Part shown: piece after piece, positions 44,597 through 52,776 of the stretch
Numbering within the stretch: position 1 is the stretch's first letter
Layout: the number at the start of each line of letters is the position of its first letter
NCBI GenBank assembly: GCA_964562525.1
Contig: CAZLTL010000009.1
Coordinates: 11,352-75,351 of the forward strand
DNA length: 64,000 bases
Reading direction: 5' to 3'
Source of the DNA: an uncultured bacterium
GTDB lineage: Bacteria > Omnitrophota > Omnitrophia > Omnitrophales > Aquincolibacteriaceae
Position numbers and translations under genes: made by a program
Notes under the pieces: model-generated
What the model was told of the DNA's origin: nothing
Databases searched by the model: none
The model's input: only the letters and a program-made list of their open reading frames with translations

Positions 44597-45534
44597 GCAA
44601 GCGTGTTTTCGGTAAAGCCACTCGTGATGCCTACGGCGAAACACTCGTTGAGCTTGGTAAAGAAAACCCCAATGTGGTTGTTTTAGATGCGGATCTTTCT
44701 AAATCAACAAAAACATGTATGTTTCAAGCGGCTCATCCCGGTCGTTTTTTTAATGTCGGTATTCAAGAAGCGAATCTCGTTGGTGTTGCTTCCGGTCTTG
44801 CGGCTTGCGGGAAAATTCCTTTTATCTCTTCCTTCGCATCATTCCTTGTTTGCAAAGGCTATGACCAAATGCGTATGGCGGTGGCTTTCTCTGAGCTCAA
44901 TGTAAAGATGGTTGCGTCCCACGGCGGAATTTCAATCGGTGAAGACGGCGCATCCCAAATGAGCATTGAAGATATTGCCTTAATGGCAACTTTGCCGGGC
45001 GTGGCCGTGATCAACCCTGCCGATGAGTTATCCACACGCGCTTTGATTCGTGCGACTGCTGCGCACAATGGACCCGTTTATGTTCGCACCGGTCGTCCTA
45101 AGGCTCCGGTGGTTTATACTGCACCGCGCAAATTTGAAATCGGCAAAGGTGTTCTCGTGCGCGAAGGTAAAGATTTAACAATCGTTGCGAATGGTCTTTT
45201 GGTTGCTGAAGCTTTGGATGCCGCTGAGATTTTAGCGGGTCAGGGAATTCAGGCCGGTGTAATTGATATGCATACTGTTAAACCGCTTGATACCGCGCTT
45301 CTTTTGCAGGAAGCCAAGAAAACCGGCAAAATTGTAGTTGCTGAAGAGCATTCAATTTGGGGCGGTCTTTGCGCTGCGGTTTCAACTTATCTTTCTTCAG
45401 TTCATCCCTGCAAAATGAGCTATGTCGCGATTCAGGATACTTATGCTGAAACCGCAACGCCGGATGAATTGCTCGATAAGTATGGCATGCGTGCGGTGGA
45501 TGTGGTCAATGCCGCCAAAAAACTCTTCTCTTAA
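44593..45534 (+). CDS. Transketolase, C-terminal (pyrimidine-binding) subunit
   Basis: 313 aa with 'FFNVGIQEANLVGVASGLAACGKIPFISSFASF' and 'ASHGGISIGEDGASQ'. Confidence 0.85.
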   Translation: MSKRVFGKATRDAYGETLVELGKENPNVVVLDADLSKSTKTCMFQAAHPGRFFNVGIQEANLVGVASGLAACGKIPFISSFASFLVCKGYDQMRMAVAFSELNVKMVASHGGISIGEDGASQMSIEDIALMATLPGVAVINPADELSTRALIRATAAHNGPVYVRTGRPKAPVVYTAPRKFEIGKGVLVREGKDLTIVANGLLVAEALDAAEILAGQGIQAGVIDMHTVKPLDTALLLQEAKKTGKIVVAEEHSIWGGLCAAVSTYLSSVHPCKMSYVAIQDTYAETATPDELLDKYGMRAVDVVNAAKKLFS

Positions 45535-47239
45535 GTTCGGAGCCCGGAGCCCGGAGCTTCGAGATGCATCTTTTTCTAAAATTTTACCCATAGTTTTTCT
45601 TTTCTTTGGCCTCTGGGCTCAGGCCACTGGTCTCGCAGATTCCGCGACGGGTGAAAAAGGTATGGTGGTCACTCAGCATCCGCTCGCGACTGAAGCCGCG
45701 CTTGAAATATTGAAAAAAGGCGGCAGTGCGGCCGATGCGGCAATTACAGCCCAGCTTGTTCTCAATGTTGTTGAGCCGCAAGGTTCAGGTTTAGGCGGCG
45801 GCGGTTTTTTTCTTTATTACGACCGTGTTCAGCGCAGTGTGACGAGTTATGACGGCCGCGAGGCTGCGCCCGCGTCCGCTCATCCCGAAATGTTTTTGCG
45901 CAATGGCACACCGATGCCTTTTTTCCCCGACCGTATTACCGGGGGGCTGCCTGTCGGCGTTCCGGGAACACCTGCTTTGATTCAAAAGATTTATGACAAG
46001 CATGGCAGCGGAGTTTTTTCACTGACGCAATTAGCTGAGCCTGCCGTCAAAATTGCCGAAGAAGGTTTTACCGTTTCTAAAACATTGGCAGCAAAACTTG
46101 CCCAGCATGCGGATCGCTTGCGTCAATTTCCGGAAACCGAAAAAATCTTTTTTAATCAGGGACAGCCGCTTAAAGAAGGCGAAACTTTAGTCCAAAAAGA
46201 TTTAGCCCAGACCTTGAAGCTTTTAGGTGAAAAAAAAGCGGATACTTTTTATCGCGGAGAAATCGCGGATGCTATTGTTGAAGCGGTTCGATCCTCACCT
46301 GTTAATTCAGCTGCGCTCAATAAATCTGATTTAGAAAATTATGCCGTTATTAAACGTGATCCTGTTTACGGCAATTACCGTGGGCTGGATATTTTAGCGC
46401 CCGCGCTTCCGACTTCCGGCGGCATTGTTTTAATCGAAGCTCTGCAGATTTTAGAAAATTTCAGTATTTCCGACATGGGTTGGGATTCGCAGGCGCTGCA
46501 TTATCTAAACGAAGTTCAGAAAATCGCTTTCTTTGATCGTTTGAAACTGGGTGATGCCGATCTGAAAGTTTCCGTCGAGAAGCTGATTTCGAAAGATTAC
46601 GCGAAAGAAGCCGCCCAAAAAATTCAGCCTCAGAAAGCCATGCGCACTGCGGCAATGATTCCCGAAGAAGGTTTGCAAACGACACACATTTCAATCATGG
46701 ATCGCGCCGGCAATTTAGTGAGTTGGACTTCAACCATTGAAGCGCCTTTTGGATCAGGCATTACGGTTCCCGGCTACGGATTTTTACTCAACAATGAGCT
46801 CACGGATTTCGATGCCGAACCGCGCGATGCGCAGGGAAATTTAAAGCCTAATGCCGCGCAACCATCAAAGCGTCCGCTCAGCAGCATGACACCGGTTTTT
46901 CTTTTTAATAAGGGTAACCCTTATATGATTTTGGGTTCGCCGGGCGGCACGACTATTATTGGTTCAGTTTTAAATACCATTGTGAATTCCGTTGATTTTG
47001 CATTGCCTTGTGAAGAAGCCGTTGCCAAAGAACGAATGATTTTCCGCGGACAAAAAATTGAGATGGAGCCAGCGATTTTCAACCATCCTTTTATTCGGTT
47101 GCAGCTTGAACTTTGGAGCCATGATGTTGAAAAAGCGGAAGTCATCGGCAATGTTCAGGCGATTTGTTTTGATGCGAGGTATCAGCAGATTGTGGGGGTG
47201 TCGGACCCTCGCGGCGAAGGTAGCGCGGCCGGATATTGA
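45509..47239 (+). CDS. ggt: Gamma-glutamyltranspeptidase (periplasmic, Ntn-hydrolase)
   Basis: 'GGGGFFLYYD', 'TTHISIMDRAGNLVSWTSTIEAPFGSGITVPGYGFLLNNELTDF' and the autoprocessing site '...SSMTPVFLF'. The track start (45422) lies deep inside tktC. The in-frame ATGs at 45500 and 45509 give a KN-rich n-region followed by ILPIVFLFFGLWAQA|TG, a signal peptide. Confidence 0.8.
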   Translation: MPPKNSSLKFGARSPELRDASFSKILPIVFLFFGLWAQATGLADSATGEKGMVVTQHPLATEAALEILKKGGSAADAAITAQLVLNVVEPQGSGLGGGGFFLYYDRVQRSVTSYDGREAAPASAHPEMFLRNGTPMPFFPDRITGGLPVGVPGTPALIQKIYDKHGSGVFSLTQLAEPAVKIAEEGFTVSKTLAAKLAQHADRLRQFPETEKIFFNQGQPLKEGETLVQKDLAQTLKLLGEKKADTFYRGEIADAIVEAVRSSPVNSAALNKSDLENYAVIKRDPVYGNYRGLDILAPALPTSGGIVLIEALQILENFSISDMGWDSQALHYLNEVQKIAFFDRLKLGDADLKVSVEKLISKDYAKEAAQKIQPQKAMRTAAMIPEEGLQTTHISIMDRAGNLVSWTSTIEAPFGSGITVPGYGFLLNNELTDFDAEPRDAQGNLKPNAAQPSKRPLSSMTPVFLFNKGNPYMILGSPGGTTIIGSVLNTIVNSVDFALPCEEAVAKERMIFRGQKIEMEPAIFNHPFIRLQLELWSHDVEKAEVIGNVQAICFDARYQQIVGVSDPRGEGSAAGY

Positions 47240-47240
47240 T

Positions 47241-47361
47241 CGTTTATTGAAAAAGGTCATTTGCGGCGTTGCAAACATCGCTTCCTTGTGCGGCGTAGGT
47301 TCTCACTACGCCTCCGCGGGCGCTTGTTTGCGCCTGGCATCTGAACCTTTTTGAATAAACG
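47241..47361 (+). repeat. Repeat family A, copy 1 (~120 nt; candidate structured RNA / 3'-UTR element), starting 2 nt after the ggt stop
   Basis: cgtttattgaaaaaggtcatttgcggcgttgcaaacatcgCTTCCTTGTGCGGCGTAGgttctcaCTACGCCTCCGCGGGCGcttgtttgcgcctggcatctgaacctttttgaataaacg. Three nested stems: outer cgtttattgaaaaagg/cctttttgaataaacg, middle gcaaaca/tgtttgc, inner ggcgtag/ctacgcc. Confidence 0.6.
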
Positions 47362-47413
47362 CTTCCGCTATGCATTTTGAAAGTTAAATGCTGAAAAAAT
47401 AAATACAGAAAAT

Positions 47414-48007
47414 ATGAAAAAAAAATCGAAGATTAAAAAGACGGACAAGCTGCTTGGCGAGGGAAATTTTCTCAAGCTTTGGGATCGTGATTCTTGGGAG
47501 TTTGTATCGCGCAAGAATTGCACAGGGGTTGCGATTATTGTGGCGATGACACCGCAGAAAAAAGTGGTGTTCGTGGAGCAGTTTCGTGTGCCTGTCGCAA
47601 CATCTGTGATTGAGTTGCCTGCCGGAATTATCGGCGATAAAGACAAGGCCGAATCGATGCTGAAAGGCGCACAGCGCGAGCTGTTTGAGGAAACGGGATG
47701 GTGGCCGCGCAAAATGAAGGTTTTGGTATCCGGCCCTGCAGCAAGCGGAATGTCTTGTGAAGAGCTCACTTTCTGTTTGGCTTCCGATTTAGTTAAGCGC
47801 GGCGAAGGCGGCGGTGATGAGAGCGAAGACATTACTACGCATGAGGTGCCGTTGGCAAAAGTTGAAAGCTGGCTAAAACAGCAGCAGAAGAAGGGTAAGA
47901 AGATAGACCCTAAAATTTTCTCCGGTATTTATTTCTTGCAAAAAAAATCTTTGTCATTCCCGCGCAGGCGGAAATCCAGACTGGATCCCCGATCAAGTCG
48001 GGGATGA
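47414..48007 (+). CDS. NUDIX hydrolase (ADP-ribose pyrophosphatase-like), with its 3' end running into a family-B palindromic repeat
   Basis: Nudix box 'AESMLKGAQRELFEETGW' (GX5EX7REUXEEXGU). The last ~19 codons (SLSFPRRRKSRLDPRSSRG*) are encoded by the repeat at 47951-48010. Confidence 0.7.
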   Translation: MKKKSKIKKTDKLLGEGNFLKLWDRDSWEFVSRKNCTGVAIIVAMTPQKKVVFVEQFRVPVATSVIELPAGIIGDKDKAESMLKGAQRELFEETGWWPRKMKVLVSGPAASGMSCEELTFCLASDLVKRGEGGGDESEDITTHEVPLAKVESWLKQQQKKGKKIDPKIFSGIYFLQKKSLSFPRRRKSRLDPRSSRG

Positions 48008-48010
48008 CAA
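47951..48010. repeat. Repeat family B: ~60-bp nested palindrome ttgtcattcccgcgcaggcggaaatccagactggatccccgatcaagtcggggatgacaa
   Basis: Outer arms ttgtcattcccg / cggggatgacaa and inner arms ggaaatccag / ctggatcccc. A shorter relative lies at 42080-42112. Confidence 0.5.
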
Positions 48011-48030
48011 TCACAAGGAGTTTCACCCTT

Positions 48031-48381
48031 ATGTCAAAGATTGTCATTTATCAAAAACCAACCTGCACGACTTGCAAACAAGTTTATGCGGCATTGAAAG
48101 AAGCGGGCGTTGATTTTAATGCGGTGAATTATTATCTCGAGCCCATTTCAAAGACGAAGCTCAAAGAGCTTGTTAAGAAAATGGGCATTTCCGCGCGGGA
48201 GCTTTTTCGTACCAAAGAAGATATTTATAAAGAGCTGAAATTAGCCGGAAAAGAAATGTCCGATGATGCAGCGATTGATTTAATGACGAAGCATCCCGAC
48301 TTAATTCAGCGGCCGATTGTGGAAAAGGGAGCGAAGGCAATTTTGGCTCGTCCTTCCGACAGACTAAAAGAAATCCTCTAA
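48031..48381 (+). CDS. ArsC/Spx-family thioredoxin-fold protein (YffB-like)
   Basis: MSKIVIYQKPTCTTCKQ ... LIQRPIV matches the ArsC/Spx fold with its N-terminal CxxC-type cysteine. AAGGAG RBS 9 nt upstream of the ATG at 48031; the track's TTG at 48004 lies inside the repeat. Confidence 0.65.
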   Translation: MSKIVIYQKPTCTTCKQVYAALKEAGVDFNAVNYYLEPISKTKLKELVKKMGISARELFRTKEDIYKELKLAGKEMSDDAAIDLMTKHPDLIQRPIVEKGAKAILARPSDRLKEIL

Positions 48382-48500
48382 ACCATTGAAAAAGAATCAT
48401 CTGCGGCGTTGCAAGCGGCTCTTCCTTGTGCGGCGTAGGTTTTTACTACGCCTCCGCGGGCGTTTGCTTGCGCCTGGCATCTGAATCTTTTTGAATGGTT
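48382..48500 (+). repeat. Repeat family A, copy 2, starting immediately after the TAA of the ArsC-like gene
   Basis: aaccattgaaaaagaatcatctgcggcgttgcaagcggctCTTCCTTGTGCGGCGTAGgtttttaCTACGCCTCCGCGGGCGtttgcttgcgcctggcatctgaatctttttgaatggtt. The outer stem differs from copy 1 but still pairs (aaccattgaaaaag/ctttttgaatggtt); the middle stem is gcaagc/gcttgc. Confidence 0.6.
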
Positions 48501-48600
48501 TTTAATCTTAGATTTTCCGATTTATAAAAAGAAAAAGCCCGAAGCGATCGTGCTTCGGGCTTTCTTATTTACGGTTGCCTGTAATCAGGCAGAGCGAAAA

Positions 48601-49329
48601 CTAATTGCGACGGCTTTGAAGCTTGGCGAGCAATCTCAGCATTTCAAGATAAAGCCAAATCAAAGTGACCATCAAAGCGAAAGCGCCATACCATTCCATA
48701 TATTTCGGTGCGCCGTTCTGAACCCCCTCTTCGATTCTTCCGAAATCAAGAATGAGGTTGAGTGCCGCAATGCCCACGACAACAAGGCTGAAAATAATGC
48801 CGAATGTTCCGCTCGAAGTAGAAAGTGGAACGCCTTTGCCGAAAAATCCCAAAATAAAATCAATCATGTAAATCGCAAAAATTGAGAAAGTTGCGATGAC
48901 CACAAAAGAACGGAATTTTTCAGTTGGTTTAATCCACCCGAAACGGTAAACCGCGAGCATGGTCCCCGCAGTCATGGCGGTGAGCGTCAGCGCCTGCATA
49001 CAAATACCGGGATAGCGCGCGTCATAAAAACTCGAAATGGTTCCAAGCAAAAGCCCTTCCAATCCGGCGTAGATCGGGGTGGTAATTGGAGCCGCTTGGG
49101 GTTTAAAGCAGGTAATCAGCGCCAAAATCAGAGTGGCAATGGCTGCAAACATCATCCAGGCTCCCGCTGCACCGGTGGGGATAACTCGCCACGACCAGAA
49201 TCCGCCCAAAAAAAGAATAGCGAGACAAAGCGCTGTTTTTCCGATGGTGCCGTTGAGCGTCATCGTGGATTGACCGGAAAAGCTGCCGGCAGCTTCAAAA
49301 GGTTTCATAACCGGATTGGATGTGCGCAT
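48601..49329 (-). CDS. Bax-inhibitor-1/YccA-family membrane protein
   Basis: 242 aa, 7 hydrophobic segments, BI-1-like N-terminus 'MRTSNPVMKPFEAAGSFSGQ...TIGKTALCLAILFLGGFWSW'. Confidence 0.7.
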   Translation of the reverse strand: MRTSNPVMKPFEAAGSFSGQSTMTLNGTIGKTALCLAILFLGGFWSWRVIPTGAAGAWMMFAAIATLILALITCFKPQAAPITTPIYAGLEGLLLGTISSFYDARYPGICMQALTLTAMTAGTMLAVYRFGWIKPTEKFRSFVVIATFSIFAIYMIDFILGFFGKGVPLSTSSGTFGIIFSLVVVGIAALNLILDFGRIEEGVQNGAPKYMEWYGAFALMVTLIWLYLEMLRLLAKLQSRRN

Positions 49330-49382
49330 AAATTATGTCTCCTTGGGTTTGATGACACGACATTTTACAATAAGTCTGGGTT

Positions 49383-49507
49383 TTGTGTAAAATACGCACC
49401 CGTATCCATTAAATCAAAATTCAAAGATCAGAAATCAAGACCATAGCCGAAAGATCAGCGCTGTTCGTATATCCGATAAGTTTTTACCTATGGTTCCGAG
49501 CTTTGAT
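49383..49507. repeat. Repeat family C, second locus (imperfect palindrome around 'accatag')
   Basis: aaatcaaaattcaaagatcagaaatcaagaccatagcc ... gtttttacctatggttccgagctttgattttt. The arms are mutually complementary and match the 43612-43720 element. Confidence 0.4.
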
Positions 49508-49527
49508 TTTTAACCTCTGAGTTAACT

Positions 49528-50277
49528 ATGATAGATGTTCAGTCGCTTTCCATGCGGTATGGTCATTTCCGGGCTTTAGAGGATGTCAGCTTTCAGGCTC
49601 GGCCGGGCGAAATTCTAGGTCTTTTGGGACCCAATGGCGCCGGCAAAACAACTCTCATGCGCCTTCTCACCACTTATTTACATCCTTTTTCGGGGACAGC
49701 TAAAATCGCCGGCGCGGATCTGATTGAAAATCCGCTCGAAGTCCGCCGTCAAATCGGTTACTTGCCGGAAACCGCACCGCTTTATCCGGATATGCGGGTT
49801 GACCAATATTTGAAATTCGCGGGCGATGCGCGCGGTTTGGAAGGCAAGCATTTGCAAGAGCGCTTGGATTGGGTAAAGAGTTCCTGTCATTTGAAATTTT
49901 ATTGGAAAAACCGGATTGCTGAACTTTCCAAAGGAACGAAACAGCGCGTGGGATTGGCGCAGGCTCTTTTGCATGATCCTAAAATATTGATTTTAGATGA
50001 GCCTACTTCGGGACTGGATCCGATTCAGATTTTAGAAATTCGCAATTTGATTCAAAGTTTAGCGCATCAAAAAACAATTGTTTTCTCGACGCACATTTTG
50101 CAGGAAGTCGAAGTGTTAGCCGGGCGCATTGTTTTAATTAACCAGGGACGCATGGTTGCGCAGGGAACCATCGCGGAATTAGGGCAAGGTTTGCCGAATC
50201 CGCACCCTCAAAAACCGCTGAGCCTGGAAGAGATCTTTATTCAGCTTTTGAAACCTTCCGTGGGAGCTAGCGTATGA
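49528..50277 (+). CDS. ABC transporter ATP-binding protein (GldA-like)
   Basis: Walker A GPNGAGKTT, signature LSKGTKQRVGLAQAL, Walker B ILILDEPTSGLD. Stop overlaps the next start. Confidence 0.85.
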   Translation: MIDVQSLSMRYGHFRALEDVSFQARPGEILGLLGPNGAGKTTLMRLLTTYLHPFSGTAKIAGADLIENPLEVRRQIGYLPETAPLYPDMRVDQYLKFAGDARGLEGKHLQERLDWVKSSCHLKFYWKNRIAELSKGTKQRVGLAQALLHDPKILILDEPTSGLDPIQILEIRNLIQSLAHQKTIVFSTHILQEVEVLAGRIVLINQGRMVAQGTIAELGQGLPNPHPQKPLSLEEIFIQLLKPSVGASV

Positions 50278-52754
50278 AGACTGCGGGATGGGCATCTATT
50301 TTTCGCCGTGAAACCGCGGCGTATTTCGGATCACCGGTCGCGGCAATTTTTCTTATGATTTTCGCCGGTCTTTCCGGCGGCCTTTTCATGACCGCCTTTT
50401 TCCTGATTAATCAGGCGGATATGCGTACTTTTTTCGAGCTCTTGCCTTGGCTTCTTAGCATTTTTCTCGCAGCGCTGACCATGCGCAGCTGGGCCGAAGA
50501 CCGCCGCGGCAACACATTGGAATTGCTTTTAACCTTCCCGATGAATAGCTCTGCGCTTGTCATCGGAAAATTTTTAGCCGCGCTGCTTTTTTATACTGTC
50601 GCGCTCTGCTCAACCTTTTTAATTCCCGTCATGCTTTTTACTTTGGGCACCCCTGATTTGGGGCAAATCGCTTCCGCTTATTTGGGAGCTTTTTTCCTCG
50701 GAGCTTTTTTCCTCGCGGGCGGTCTTTTTATTTCCGGGTTTTGCCGCGATCAAATCGTCGCATTTGTCCTGACTTTACTTTTTTGCCTGGCGCTTTATTT
50801 GTTGGGTCAGAACATTGTCGCGGAAACGCTGGATGGCTGGATTGCGGGTTTTGGAACGGCTTTGCGCGCGGCATTGGGTGCAGAGCCGCATTATGCGATT
50901 TTTGTCCGCGGCGTGATTGATTTACGCAGCGTTGTTTTCTTTGTATCGGGAGCAGGGTTGCTGTTGCTATTAAATGCCTACTGGATGGACTCGCGCTCGC
51001 GCCGAAACGCCTTGCCTGTGTTTCTGGGAGCTTGCGCGCTTTGTTTCGGAATTTTTATTGCTTTAAATTATGTTTTGCGTCCGCTGGCGTTGCGCGCGGA
51101 CTGCACCGAAGGAAAAATTTATACTTTGGCGGATGCGAGCCGGAAGATCTTAAAAAAATTAGCAGGCCCCGCTTTGATTAAACTTTATGTTTCGCCGCGC
51201 GACAAAATGCCCACCGCCTTTAAGTCGTTGGAGCGCGATTTAGTCAGTAAGCTGGATGAGCTGAAGCTGGCTTCGGGCGGCAAAGTGAAATATGAAGTGG
51301 TGCATATGGAAGCCTCCAACGCCCTTGATTCCGAAACCGCGGAAAACACAGCAGAGGGACAAGTTACAAAAAAAGGTGTTTATCCTTTTCAGGTGCAATC
51401 GGTAGAGTCGGATCAGGTGGAGTTGAAGCTGGTTTATTCCGCGATGACGATTTCTTATTTGGAGAAACCGGAAGATATTATCCCGCAAATTTATCCCGGC
51501 GATTTGGGTGGGTTGGAATACAAACTCATTTCGAAGCTTTATAAAATGACTTTTGAAAAGTATCCCAAAATTGCTTTGGTTGCGCCGATGGAAGAACGCG
51601 CGATGAATTCCGAAACCGCCGCGATATTGTCGCAACTCATGGGCGGAAAAATGCCGGAGCTGGATAAAGAAGATCACTATGAAGTGCTGACTCGCATTCT
51701 TCAATACGAGGGATATCCGTTTGACCGTATCGCGCTTTCCGAAGCCGAGCCTTTAACCCAGGAGCATAGCGCGCTTTTCCTCATTGAGCCGCGGCTTTTG
51801 TCTGACCGTCAAAAATACGAAATTAACCGCTATTTGCGTTCGGGCGGATCTGTTTTTATGGCGGTGCAAAATCAGGAGTACAACTATGTTCCTGAAGGCC
51901 GCCAAATTAAAATCGAACCCGAATTAAGAAACCCGCGAGTGAACGACTTGCTCGTCAAGTGGGGGTTGTCGGTCAGTGAAAATATGCTTTTGGATGAAAG
52001 TCAGGAAACGGTTTCGATCGGTGCCGGCGGGCTTTTTGACATGTCGATTCCGCTAAAACTTCCGATTCATGTTTTGGTTCCGCCGCAGGGCTTAAACCAA
52101 AAAGTGGCGATGATGGAAGAAGTGGGATCTTTGTTCTATTTGTGGGGCAGCGCGGTCGAAAAGCAAGAAGCGCTTCCGGCCGGCCTAACTTACACTTCGT
52201 TGTTCTCTTCCAGCGTCAATTCGCATCTCAGTGCTTTGCCCCCGACGCCGAAAATTAGTTTTGCAGAGCTTCGTGAAGCGCCTGTGCTAAAAAAAGGGCC
52301 TTTTGATTTAGGTGTGATGGTTGAAGGTATTTTTCCCGATGCTTATGAAGGTAAGCCTGTGCCGGCGTGGGATGAAGAACCGGACGCCGTCCCGCAGGGA
52401 AGTGTTAGTGAGCTAACGCCTCCCCAGGGGACGGCGTCCGAAGAAGTTAAGCCCGGCAAGTTGATTTTAATCGGGTCGGCAACCATCTTGCAAAACAACT
52501 TGATGCGCGGCAGCGGTCATTACAATCTCGCCATGAATGTGCTGGATTCTTTAACTTTCGGCGATGATTTGATTGGCGTGCGTTCGAAGCGAATGGTAGA
52601 CCGAACCATGCCCAAAATCTCGCGGAATGAGAAATTAATTTGGCGTATTTTGGTGACTTTTTTTGTGCCGTTTATTTTGGTTGTATTAAGTCTCTATCGC
52701 GTTGTCGCGGCATCCCGCGAAAAACAGGTTTATCTCAAAAGTTTGTCCGCGTAG
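50274..52754 (+). CDS. ABC-2-type permease fused to a GldG-like extracytoplasmic domain
   Basis: 826 aa. The N-terminal ~250 aa have 6 hydrophobic helices (ABC-2). A large soluble domain follows, then a C-terminal anchor LIWRILVTFFVPFILVVLSLY typical of GldG. Confidence 0.65.
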   Translation: MKTAGWASIFRRETAAYFGSPVAAIFLMIFAGLSGGLFMTAFFLINQADMRTFFELLPWLLSIFLAALTMRSWAEDRRGNTLELLLTFPMNSSALVIGKFLAALLFYTVALCSTFLIPVMLFTLGTPDLGQIASAYLGAFFLGAFFLAGGLFISGFCRDQIVAFVLTLLFCLALYLLGQNIVAETLDGWIAGFGTALRAALGAEPHYAIFVRGVIDLRSVVFFVSGAGLLLLLNAYWMDSRSRRNALPVFLGACALCFGIFIALNYVLRPLALRADCTEGKIYTLADASRKILKKLAGPALIKLYVSPRDKMPTAFKSLERDLVSKLDELKLASGGKVKYEVVHMEASNALDSETAENTAEGQVTKKGVYPFQVQSVESDQVELKLVYSAMTISYLEKPEDIIPQIYPGDLGGLEYKLISKLYKMTFEKYPKIALVAPMEERAMNSETAAILSQLMGGKMPELDKEDHYEVLTRILQYEGYPFDRIALSEAEPLTQEHSALFLIEPRLLSDRQKYEINRYLRSGGSVFMAVQNQEYNYVPEGRQIKIEPELRNPRVNDLLVKWGLSVSENMLLDESQETVSIGAGGLFDMSIPLKLPIHVLVPPQGLNQKVAMMEEVGSLFYLWGSAVEKQEALPAGLTYTSLFSSSVNSHLSALPPTPKISFAELREAPVLKKGPFDLGVMVEGIFPDAYEGKPVPAWDEEPDAVPQGSVSELTPPQGTASEEVKPGKLILIGSATILQNNLMRGSGHYNLAMNVLDSLTFGDDLIGVRSKRMVDRTMPKISRNEKLIWRILVTFFVPFILVVLSLYRVVAASREKQVYLKSLSA

Positions 52755-52776
52755 TTTTGAGAAGTTTCAGTTCAAC

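Noticed and set aside
45422-45508. ORF-track start of the ggt ORF at 45422, giving a 29-aa extension through tktC.
   Set aside because: The extension overlaps the 3' end of the transketolase C-subunit gene. The in-frame ATGs at 45500 and 45509 give a proper n-region plus signal peptide.
47368-47832. 154-aa minus-strand ORF antisense to the NUDIX gene.
   Set aside because: It is a low-complexity Ser/Pro/Phe-rich translation opposite a gene with a clear Nudix box. Spurious.
48550-48885. 111-aa + strand ORF inside the BI-1/YccA gene region.
   Set aside because: It is antisense to a 7-TM BI-1-family gene with a coherent hydrophobicity pattern.
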